DNA from: an uncultured archaeon
Lineage (GTDB): Archaea > Asgardarchaeota > Lokiarchaeia > Sigyniarchaeales > SOKP01
Length of the DNA stretch: 64,000 nt
Direction of reading: 5' to 3'
NCBI GenBank assembly: GCA_964508365.1
Contig: CAZDTP010000003.1
Location: 27,559-91,558 of the forward strand
Position numbers and translations under genes: made by a program. This document shows positions 36,781 to 44,739 of the stretch, in pieces. The notes below the pieces were generated by a model that saw nothing but the letters and a program-made list of their open reading frames with translations, searched no databases and was not told the origin of the DNA. The number at the start of each line of letters is the position of its first letter. Position 1 is the first letter of the stretch.

Positions 36781-37116
36781 TTATTTAAAAGTACCCGCTG
36801 TGCTTGCAGGGATTAAAAGTATATCGTCGCCATCATTAACATTATAGTCTTTTAACTGGCTACTCTCATCCATTGTTCTTCCACCAGAAGAAAGATGGAA
36901 CTCATCTGGATCAAGTCCGAATAGATTTCCTAATGTTTGTTTGATATCGCTTACGTTATTTGCGTCATTTACAGTTAACTTTTCCTTCTTTTCACCAGGA
37001 CCAATAGTTGACATGAAATATAAAGTCAACTTCTTACCTGTTGAGGGAACTTTGCTTGATGGGGTTTTAGATTTAACTGGTTCTAACTCCTCATCAAAAT
37101 CTTCATTATAACCCAT
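36781..37116 (-). CDS. ubiquitin-like beta-grasp protein precursor (Ubl-1)
   Basis: 111 aa: an acidic or disordered N-terminus, then a ~75-aa segment with Ub-like periodicity (KLTLYFMS...SDIKQTLGNLFGLDPDEFHLSSGGRTMDESSQLKDYNVNDGDDILLIPASTAG-TFK). It is the first gene of the E1/E2/JAMM operon. Confidence 0.7.
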   Translation of the reverse strand: MGYNEDFDEELEPVKSKTPSSKVPSTGKKLTLYFMSTIGPGEKKEKLTVNDANNVSDIKQTLGNLFGLDPDEFHLSSGGRTMDESSQLKDYNVNDGDDILLIPASTAGTFK

Positions 37117-37378
37117 TTTAATCGTTTCTCTTATTTTTTTTTTAAAGTTTTTTTTTTAAACTTAATAATATCAAGTTAAAATGATATTAAAAAACCCATT
37201 GGAATGATTTTGAAGTTTTTTGAATTTTTGTTTAAAATATAAGTATCTACATCAAAAAACCTAATATCATATATTTATAAATTAAATGAATGACTATCAA
37301 TATATATAAATAGGAAAATATCGTATTAGAGAGAAGATTTGATTATATAAATCAATTTATTCAACACGTTAAAATCAA

Positions 37379-38062
37379 TTGCTTATGAGCACTCCAGATA
37401 ACCTTCAATCTATTGTTTGTAATCTAATAAAGGAATATCTAAAAAAGAAACCTTTCTTTTCAATAGAAGATATTGTAATGTTCATCAGTAATAGGGTAAG
37501 AACTAACCCTAATTTGAACAAACGCAGCATTGAAATCATCATTAAAAATCTCATTAAAAGAAGAATTCTAATCCCTGGAACTAAATTAATGAAAAATAAT
37601 ATCATCGAGCATCCAATAAGAAATGAAATCTATAATTATATAAGAAAGAATCCTTCGAATGTTAATGATATAATGAAAGCAATTAATATTGGGAGTAATC
37701 AAGCGTTATGGCATTTATCTTGCTTAGAAAAATTTAGATTTACAAGATCAACAAAAATCGAGAATCAAAGAATAATTTTTGAATATGAATCAAATTCAGA
37801 TCTAGATGAGTTGTATTACTATTTAAAACAGGATATTGTACAAGATATTATCAACCTACTGAAAAAAGAAAACACCTCATTTAAAATTACGGAAATTGCT
37901 GCCAATTTAAAAAAAAATTACAATACTGTAAAAAAATATCTTGAAATATTAGGAACTCTGAAAATATTAAAAATTGAAAAAAATAAAAAAAGAGTTTTAT
38001 TCAGATTAGATCAAGAGAAATATGATAATATTAGGAAATCCATTATTGATGGTGAATTATAA
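37379..38062 (+). CDS. double winged-helix (ArsR/TrmB-like) transcriptional regulator
   Basis: There are two wHTH-like units (IRNEIYNYIRKNPSNVNDIMKAINIGSNQALWHLSCLEKFRF and ITEIAANLKKNYNTVKKYLEILGTLKILKIEK). It is divergent from Ubl-1. TTG start. Confidence 0.5.
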   Translation: MLMSTPDNLQSIVCNLIKEYLKKKPFFSIEDIVMFISNRVRTNPNLNKRSIEIIIKNLIKRRILIPGTKLMKNNIIEHPIRNEIYNYIRKNPSNVNDIMKAINIGSNQALWHLSCLEKFRFTRSTKIENQRIIFEYESNSDLDELYYYLKQDIVQDIINLLKKENTSFKITEIAANLKKNYNTVKKYLEILGTLKILKIEKNKKRVLFRLDQEKYDNIRKSIIDGEL

Positions 38063-38141
38063 AATTTACAAAGTTATTCCAATGGAATTTATATTTTGAA
38101 TTATATATTAGAAAATTAGATAATACTTTAATCAAAAAATC

Positions 38142-38930
38142 ATGAAGAAGAAATATAGAGTTTTAAATATCATAACTCTTTATGTTGTTTTCACTTTAAT
38201 TTATTTGATTTTTTTCATATTCCAAATAGAGAGTTTACCTTTATTTCTCTTTCTAACTATTGGGAGTGTTGCTGTATTATCTACCAGCACGATCTATACC
38301 GTTGTTAAATCTAAAAGCAGTCCAGCGAAGAGGATAAAAAAAGATAAATATTATCAAAAACCAAAATCAATCAAAAGAATATCGAGTGATTTGATTGAGG
38401 ATTACTTCGAAGCCATGCCATTAATAGATCAATACGCTGATACTGATGTATCTTTTGAAAATGTAGAATCAATCGATGATTATATCTTCACTTTTTTCAA
38501 ACAAGAGGAAGTAGATAAAATCGATTTGTTAGGGTTTTCAAAAATGGATAAAATCTTTTTTATCAGAGAGATGTTGTATTTTGATGCTGGTGAGAGAAAG
38601 CAGCTAATCGAAGATATTTTGAAAAATAAAGATATAACTGATGAACAGATAAAATACTACCCGCCTTTAAACATAATTGGATTGAATGATAAATTACGCG
38701 TTTACATAAGGTCATTAGTCGAACCTGGTGAGAAGACCAAAATACTCATAATTGAAACCTCCGAATTAATAAGTATAATCAAAGAACAAGTTGGAATTCT
38801 ATTTGATTATGGTTTAGAAGATTTTTCCCTATCCACAGGAGGTTTAATATTAGATGAAACTAAGCAGATAAAGGACTATTTTATTGACGAGGATGACGAA
38901 ATTGCTTTAATTCCATCAAAAAAAAAATAG
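38142..38930 (+). CDS. two-TM membrane protein with C-terminal ubiquitin-like domain lacking a conjugatable terminus
   Basis: The N-terminus has a hydrophobic hairpin (VLNIITLYVVFTLIYLIFFIF / LPLFLFLTIGSVAVLSTSTIYTVV). The C-terminal 80 aa align by eye with Ubl-1/2 (EPGEKTK..., LSTGGLILDETKQIKDY, DDEIALIPSKKK) but end in KKK rather than AG/GG. Confidence 0.6.
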   Translation: MKKKYRVLNIITLYVVFTLIYLIFFIFQIESLPLFLFLTIGSVAVLSTSTIYTVVKSKSSPAKRIKKDKYYQKPKSIKRISSDLIEDYFEAMPLIDQYADTDVSFENVESIDDYIFTFFKQEEVDKIDLLGFSKMDKIFFIREMLYFDAGERKQLIEDILKNKDITDEQIKYYPPLNIIGLNDKLRVYIRSLVEPGEKTKILIIETSELISIIKEQVGILFDYGLEDFSLSTGGLILDETKQIKDYFIDEDDEIALIPSKKK

Positions 38931-38949
38931 AATTATTTTTTTTATAGTT

Positions 38950-39369
38950 TTATATCCTTTCAATATAACAACCAGCAACACTCGCTGGAATTAATAAAAT
39001 GTCATCTCCATCATCTACATTGTAATCACTCAGCGTAGATTCTTCATCCATGGTAACTCCTCCAGAAGACAAATAAAAATCAGATGGATCTAAAGCAAAT
39101 AAATTCGCTATAGTATCTTTAATATCTCTTACCATATTACCCGTGAAGACGGTAAGCTTTTGTTTTTTCTCCCCTGGTCCTATAGTGGATAAAAAAAAAA
39201 CTGAAATCTTTTTTCCTTCAGAAGAGATTGTGGGTTCTGGAGTTTTAGATCTAATATCTTCTGTTTGGTCCTTTTTAGACTGATCATCAATATCTTTATC
39301 CAAGCTTTCATCAATTTCCTCATCGAATTCTTCATCGAACTCCTCTTCAAATTCATCGTCAAAATCCAT
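38950..39369 (-). CDS. ubiquitin-like beta-grasp protein precursor (Ubl-2), paralog of Ubl-1
   Basis: 139 aa with a strongly acidic repeat N-terminus (DFDDEFEEEFDEEFDEEIDE). The Ubl core is closely similar to Ubl-1 (STIGPGEKK.KLTV, LSSGG.TMDE, GDDILLIPASVAG-CYIERI). Confidence 0.7.
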   Translation of the reverse strand: MDFDDEFEEEFDEEFDEEIDESLDKDIDDQSKKDQTEDIRSKTPEPTISSEGKKISVFFLSTIGPGEKKQKLTVFTGNMVRDIKDTIANLFALDPSDFYLSSGGVTMDEESTLSDYNVDDGDDILLIPASVAGCYIERI

Positions 39370-39548
39370 TAGATTAACACCATAAATTTAGATTACTTAA
39401 TTTTATATTACTTTTAAAAAATAAAGGAATTTATGTTATATAAATAGACTTCACAAAACCAAAAAAATTCTTAAATTGAAATTACAAACACTTTAGAATT
39501 TGAGTTAATATAATATAATTAATAATTTACATAAGTTTAAGAACTACC

Positions 39549-40652
39549 ATGAAGGATAAACCTATTCCTAAGTATCAAATTCGAGAAAAAACACCCGAAG
39601 AGCAACTAGACACCATTCCTAAAACAAAATTACTTAAAAAAATTAAGGAAGAAAGAATTAAATTAAATAGAGAAAAAACTGAATGGGAGAGCGTTATTAG
39701 CAAAGTTGAAGGTTATCAAGATAATATTCAAGATTTAGAAAAAAAAAGAAAAGAAAAAGAACTTCAAGTCAGAGACCTTCAAAATCAACACGAAAAACTA
39801 AAAAACGATCTAGACAATATGAGAAATGAATTAAAAGAAAGTAAAAATAATCTATATGAGAAAGAAAGGGAGTTAGATCAAAAAAATGCTGACTTAGAGC
39901 GATATCAAGAGAGATTAGATGGACTAAGAGATGAATTAGAGAGTGAGAAGAAAGACTTAGAAAGAGAAAAAGAAAAAGCAAAAGAAAGAATTAAAGAAAT
40001 TAAAACCAAATTACCCGGAATGGAACGGAGAGAGAGTGCCTTAGAGAGAACAATTGAAAAGTTGGAAAACAATTTAATGGATTTAAGAAACGAAGGTAAG
40101 AGTTTAACGAGAGAAAGAGATAATTTAAACAATGAAATCAATAGTTTGAGAAGAGAGATAGTAGATGAAAAAAATCGAATTGATGATGAGAAAAGAAGAT
40201 TAAAAGATGAAAAAGAAAAGGTTCGCTATAAGAAAAAAGACTTAAGTCTCAAAGCTCGTGATATTGAAAAAAAAAAAGAGCAATTGGGAAAATTTAAAGA
40301 GGATGTAGATCACGATGTAAAAGACTTAGAAAGAAAGAAAAAAGGGCAAGAAGTAAGATTAAAGGAATTAGATAGGAAGGTACCTAAGGCAGAAGATACT
40401 TATTTTTCATTAGAACATAAAATTGGTAACTTAGAAAATAAACTGAAAAGCTTAAAAGATGAAATAAAAAAACTGGAAAAGGAAAAATCGAAAATAGAAG
40501 ACGATAAATTTTCAATTAGAAAGGAGAGGCAAAGATTAGAAAGTGATAAAGAGAGATTTCTTAAAGAAAAAAGAGATTTTGAAAGAGAATTGAAAAAAAC
40601 AAAAGAAATCCCAAAATATAAAATCAAATCAAAAACGCCTTCGAGATATTAA
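39549..40652 (+). CDS. long K/E-rich coiled-coil protein with matching N- and C-terminal IPKY.I..KTP motifs
   Basis: 367 aa, almost entirely heptad-like charged sequence (EKERELDQKNADLERYQERLDGLRDELESEKKDLEREKEKAKE...). The termini carry PIPKYQIREKTP and EIPKYKIKSKTP. Confidence 0.6.
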   Translation: MKDKPIPKYQIREKTPEEQLDTIPKTKLLKKIKEERIKLNREKTEWESVISKVEGYQDNIQDLEKKRKEKELQVRDLQNQHEKLKNDLDNMRNELKESKNNLYEKERELDQKNADLERYQERLDGLRDELESEKKDLEREKEKAKERIKEIKTKLPGMERRESALERTIEKLENNLMDLRNEGKSLTRERDNLNNEINSLRREIVDEKNRIDDEKRRLKDEKEKVRYKKKDLSLKARDIEKKKEQLGKFKEDVDHDVKDLERKKKGQEVRLKELDRKVPKAEDTYFSLEHKIGNLENKLKSLKDEIKKLEKEKSKIEDDKFSIRKERQRLESDKERFLKEKRDFERELKKTKEIPKYKIKSKTPSRY

Positions 40653-40672
40653 TTAGTATAGTTGGGGGATTT

Positions 40673-41710
40673 ATGAAAATTCCAAAAGGAATTGAAGGGG
40701 ATTACCTTGAAACAAAAGAAAACAACCTTTTTTTCGATATAAAAGGTTATCACCATCCCCGAGACCGTAGAATTTGTTTTTTAAGATTTTATCCAGATCA
40801 AAATGGGGAAAGAATAAAAGAAGGCAAAAAATTTAATAAAATCTATTCTTTAGATGAAAGATATTTGAAATTAAGAGAGGAATACCCACAGTATCTTTTT
40901 TTTTCAAATGAACTTGATTTAGAGCTTCAGGGCGTAGAAATTAAAGATATAAAGAAAATTTATACGCCCCGAGAATACTATGATGCATTAAAAATGAGGA
41001 ATAATTTGTCAGAAATCGAAATCCATTCCAAAAATTTGTGTGAGTTATTTATTACAGGCGGTTCCATACCAGAAGATGCAATCGGTATTTCTGGTTCCCC
41101 CATGATCGGATTAAGTAAAGATGATTCTGATATAGATGTAATAATATATGGAACTCGTGCTAGTTTAGAGTTTCAAGATAAATTAAAAACAATACTGCTT
41201 ACTTCAAACAATTGTAGGGCGTATAACTTAAGCGAATATAAAACTCATTATAATTGGAGGGTAGGAGGTTCTGGCATTAGTTTCGAGAATTTTTTGAGAA
41301 GTGAAAAAAGAAAGTTACATCAAGGAAAATTCTATGGAATTGATTTCTTTATACGATATATTAAAAGCCCTAATGATTGGAATGGAACTTTCTACGATTA
41401 CAAATTCAAGAACTTAGGAAGGATTGAAATAAAAGCAAAAATTGTAGATTCAACCGATTCCATTTTTACTCCCTGCTCTTATAAAATTAATGGTATAGAA
41501 ATCGTAGATAAAAAATTTATTAGAAATGATATAAATTTAAAAGATATTACTGAAATCAACTCATTTCGCGGTAGATTTTGTGAACACGCTAAAGATGGAG
41601 AAACTGTGTTAGTTAAAGGAAAACTAGAAGAAGTAGTTTTCAAAAATAACAAAAAATATCTAAGAATTCTACTTACGGATCAAAAACAAGATATTTTTTG
41701 CGTAATATAG
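40673..41710 (+). CDS. predicted Pol-beta-superfamily nucleotidyltransferase (COG1665-like) with OB-like C-terminus
   Basis: GISGSPMIGLSKDDSDIDVIIYG fits the NTase motif hG[GS]-x9-13-DhD. The C-terminal region resembles the OB part of TiaS-related proteins. This call is by eye only. Confidence 0.45.
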   Translation: MKIPKGIEGDYLETKENNLFFDIKGYHHPRDRRICFLRFYPDQNGERIKEGKKFNKIYSLDERYLKLREEYPQYLFFSNELDLELQGVEIKDIKKIYTPREYYDALKMRNNLSEIEIHSKNLCELFITGGSIPEDAIGISGSPMIGLSKDDSDIDVIIYGTRASLEFQDKLKTILLTSNNCRAYNLSEYKTHYNWRVGGSGISFENFLRSEKRKLHQGKFYGIDFFIRYIKSPNDWNGTFYDYKFKNLGRIEIKAKIVDSTDSIFTPCSYKINGIEIVDKKFIRNDINLKDITEINSFRGRFCEHAKDGETVLVKGKLEEVVFKNNKKYLRILLTDQKQDIFCVI

Positions 41711-41813
41711 CTCTAATTATCCGACTTAAAATAACAAAACACTTTTTTTCCTAAAACAAAAAAAATAATAGGTATCCACCATTAAATTATTTCAGAAATA
41801 TCTGATTTAAAAT

Positions 41814-42887
41814 ATGATTGAGCGATATAAAAAATCAGTCGAAATAGACCCGAAAGACGCAGACGCGTGGATTAACTTAGGGGATGCCTATTACGACGAA
41901 ACAAATTTTGATGAGGCAATAAAAGCATATCAGAAAGCAATTGATATTAATCCTTTTTTTTCCGAAGTATGGAATAATTTAGGTCTAGCACTCAGTATGA
42001 TACATAAATTTAAAGATGCAATAGAATGTTATCAAGAAGCGCTTAAAATCGAACCAGACGACGCAATTTCTTACTATAACATGGGATTTGCATATGAGGA
42101 TTTAGAAGATTATGATAATGCGTTAAAATTTTACAAGATTGCACTAGAATATGAACCAAGCTACACAGATGTGTGGAATAATATTGCTTTAATTTATAGA
42201 GAAAATGAACAATATGATGAAGCAATAGAATGCTACAAAAAAGCGATAAGAATCAACCCAGATGAGCAAATGTTATATAATAATATAGCCATCATCTATT
42301 ACGATACCCAAAACTTCGATGAAGCCATAAAGTATTATAAAAAAGCTATTGATCTAGATCCCAACAATGCAGAGTTATGGTTTGATTTAGGTGACATTGC
42401 ATATGAACAAAACGACTATGAATTGGCAATATCCTGTTATAAAAAAGCAACTGAGCTTAATCCTCAATTCATTGAAGCATGGAATAATTTGGGGTTATCC
42501 TACACATTTACGAAAGAATTTAAAAAATCTATCAAGTGCTATGAAGAAGCACTAAGTTTACAATCTGAGGACCCAGTACTTTATGAAAATTTAGCGTTTA
42601 GCTATAGTGCTTTAAATGATTTTGATAATGCTATTTTATATTATCAAAACACTCTTAGAATCGATCCTGAGAACATCAACGTACTTAAGAAATTAGGCCG
42701 AATTTATTGCGATGTAAGAAAAAATTATGAAGAAGCAATAAAACATTTTAATAAAATTGTCGCTTTGGATCCTTCTGAATTAGATTTTTGGGAATCAGCG
42801 GTAAGTTGTCATGAAAAACTAGGAAATTTTGAAAAAGCTAAAGAATGGAATGAAAAAGGGTCTAAACTAAAAGCAAATGATTATTAA
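41814..42887 (+). CDS. tetratricopeptide (TPR) repeat protein
   Basis: About 10 tandem 34-aa repeats of the form W.NLG.AY....fdeAI..YkKAleidP. Confidence 0.9.
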   Translation: MIERYKKSVEIDPKDADAWINLGDAYYDETNFDEAIKAYQKAIDINPFFSEVWNNLGLALSMIHKFKDAIECYQEALKIEPDDAISYYNMGFAYEDLEDYDNALKFYKIALEYEPSYTDVWNNIALIYRENEQYDEAIECYKKAIRINPDEQMLYNNIAIIYYDTQNFDEAIKYYKKAIDLDPNNAELWFDLGDIAYEQNDYELAISCYKKATELNPQFIEAWNNLGLSYTFTKEFKKSIKCYEEALSLQSEDPVLYENLAFSYSALNDFDNAILYYQNTLRIDPENINVLKKLGRIYCDVRKNYEEAIKHFNKIVALDPSELDFWESAVSCHEKLGNFEKAKEWNEKGSKLKANDY

Positions 42888-42911
42888 TCGATTCTAGTTT
42901 TAAATTAACTA

Positions 42912-44222
42912 ATGGATTCATTTAATGCTGACTTACACATCCACTCACCTCATTCAATTGCAGTATCTAAAAATCTTAATTTAGATACTATGGTAGAAAC
43001 CTGTAAGAAAAAAGGGTTGGATATCCTTGGAACCGGAGATGTGTTGCAACCGGATTGGTTAAAGTATTTAGAAAAGAATTTGAAAAAAGACCATGTCGGA
43101 GCTTTCTCTTATAAGGATATTTACTTTATTTTACAAACTGAGATTGAAGACGAAAATTCGATTCACGAAGTGGTTTTTTTCCCCGATTTTTCAACCGTAA
43201 GAGAAGTCCAAAAAAAGATTAAACCATATTCAAAAAATATTTTGGGTGAATGGGGGGGTCGCCCAAGGGTAAATTTACCTCCTGCGGAATTAGTTGACAT
43301 TATCACAGATTTTGGAGCAATAATAGGTCCTGCTCATGCTTTTACTCCATTTAAAGCAATTTTTCGCCAAAGTAAATATGCGACTCTCGAAGAGTGCTAT
43401 CAAGACGCTACTAAAAAAGTGAAATTTTTAGAATTAGGACTCTCTGCTAATACAGATTTAGCCGATAAATTAGAATCTCTTAAAAATATATCTTTTTTAA
43501 GCAATAGCGATGCGCATTCTGAAAGTCCCCGCTCTTTAGGGAGAGAATTCAACAAAATTAAAATGGAAAACCCTTCGTTTGATGAGCTAGCCTTAGCCTT
43601 AGAAAGAAAAAGTCAACGCAAAATTGAACTAAATGTAGGACTTCACCCGAAGCTAGGAAAATATTATAATATGTTCTGCAACAAATGTAGAAGAAGAGTA
43701 ATATTTGTTAAATCAGAAAAAACTAAAGATACACTATTAAATGAATATACTATTTCAGAAGACTTCATAAAAATTTTATCAGAAAACCCCTTAAATGCGA
43801 GAAAAGAATACATAAACAATGTTTCCAAGGAGAAAATTACTTGTCCTGCTTGTAAAGAAAAAATTAACAAGAACATTAAAATTAAATTAGGAGTCAGTGA
43901 GAGAATAGATGTTATTTCTACATCAATCGAACCAATACATCCAAATCATAGGCCTCCATACATCAATGCGGTTCCTTTAATAGATATTATTCGCGCGGTA
44001 AAAAAAATTAAGAGCGCTACGAGTGTTACAGTTTTAAAATCATATGAGAAAATGTTAAATGAACTAGGCGCCGAATTTATTATTTTATTTGATACAGAAA
44101 TTGAAGAAATCAAGAAATTTGACAAGAATATTGCCACAGTTATCGAAGCAATAAGAAAAAATAAAGTTAAATATACACCTGGTGGCGGTGGGACTTATGG
44201 GCAAATTCAACTCGAAATGTAA
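42912..44222 (+). CDS. PHP-domain nuclease, endonuclease Q (EndoQ/TIGR00375)-like
   Basis: ADLHIHSPHSIAVSKN...KGLDILGTGDVLQPDW is a PHP metal site. An internal zinc finger CNKCRRRV...CPACKEKI is present. The C-terminal YTPGGGGTYGQIQLE is typical of the family. Confidence 0.65.
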   Translation: MDSFNADLHIHSPHSIAVSKNLNLDTMVETCKKKGLDILGTGDVLQPDWLKYLEKNLKKDHVGAFSYKDIYFILQTEIEDENSIHEVVFFPDFSTVREVQKKIKPYSKNILGEWGGRPRVNLPPAELVDIITDFGAIIGPAHAFTPFKAIFRQSKYATLEECYQDATKKVKFLELGLSANTDLADKLESLKNISFLSNSDAHSESPRSLGREFNKIKMENPSFDELALALERKSQRKIELNVGLHPKLGKYYNMFCNKCRRRVIFVKSEKTKDTLLNEYTISEDFIKILSENPLNARKEYINNVSKEKITCPACKEKINKNIKIKLGVSERIDVISTSIEPIHPNHRPPYINAVPLIDIIRAVKKIKSATSVTVLKSYEKMLNELGAEFIILFDTEIEEIKKFDKNIATVIEAIRKNKVKYTPGGGGTYGQIQLEM

Positions 44223-44291
44223 CTATCTAAAGAAGAATTTAAGTAGCTGTTAATAAGGAAATCTAAGTATTGAAAAAAGTTCAAAATTTGG

Positions 44292-44531
44292 CTATATTTC
44301 AAACTCTAAATCAAGATTTAAAAGTTCTCCACATTTAGAGCAAGTCATAAAATCAAAAATTTTAAATGCTACAACCATAAGCTCTAAATCTTTTCTAGGA
44401 AATCGATTTTTAAACTTTTTTTTATAATCTCCGGAAGGACAGCTAATAATCGCTCGTACATTAATAATGTCCTCCGCTTCCGAACTATCGAAAGCTTGTT
44501 CAGTTGTATTCTTATTCATATCAATTTCCAT
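44292..44531 (-). CDS. hypothetical small protein
   Basis: 79-aa ORF. One CSKCG pair plus a distant Cys. No recognisable family. Confidence 0.3.
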   Translation of the reverse strand: MEIDMNKNTTEQAFDSSEAEDIINVRAIISCPSGDYKKKFKNRFPRKDLELMVVAFKIFDFMTCSKCGELLNLDLEFEI

Positions 44532-44739
44532 TTTAATTAACCCCGAGCATATAAAATATGAAAATTCGGTCTTTTAAATTTATCTACTTCGAAATTTATC
44601 CTTTTTATCACGCGAACAAGTGGAAATTTGATGTATTTTCATTGTAATACTCATATAACATCTATATTAATAATATTAATTTTGATATGTATTATTAGCG
44701 TATTATATAGCTAATTACTCCATATTATGGTAATGATTA

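Noticed and set aside
39769-40627. Minus-strand ORFs (39769-39981, 39905-40141, 40400-40627) and an apparent DNA repetitiveness across the coiled-coil gene. I considered a tandem repeat or CRISPR-like array.
   Set aside because: The repetitiveness is codon-level (GAA/AAA/AGA-rich heptads) without fixed-length direct repeats or spacers. The antisense ORFs are the Leu/Ser/Phe mirror of the K/E-rich sense frame.
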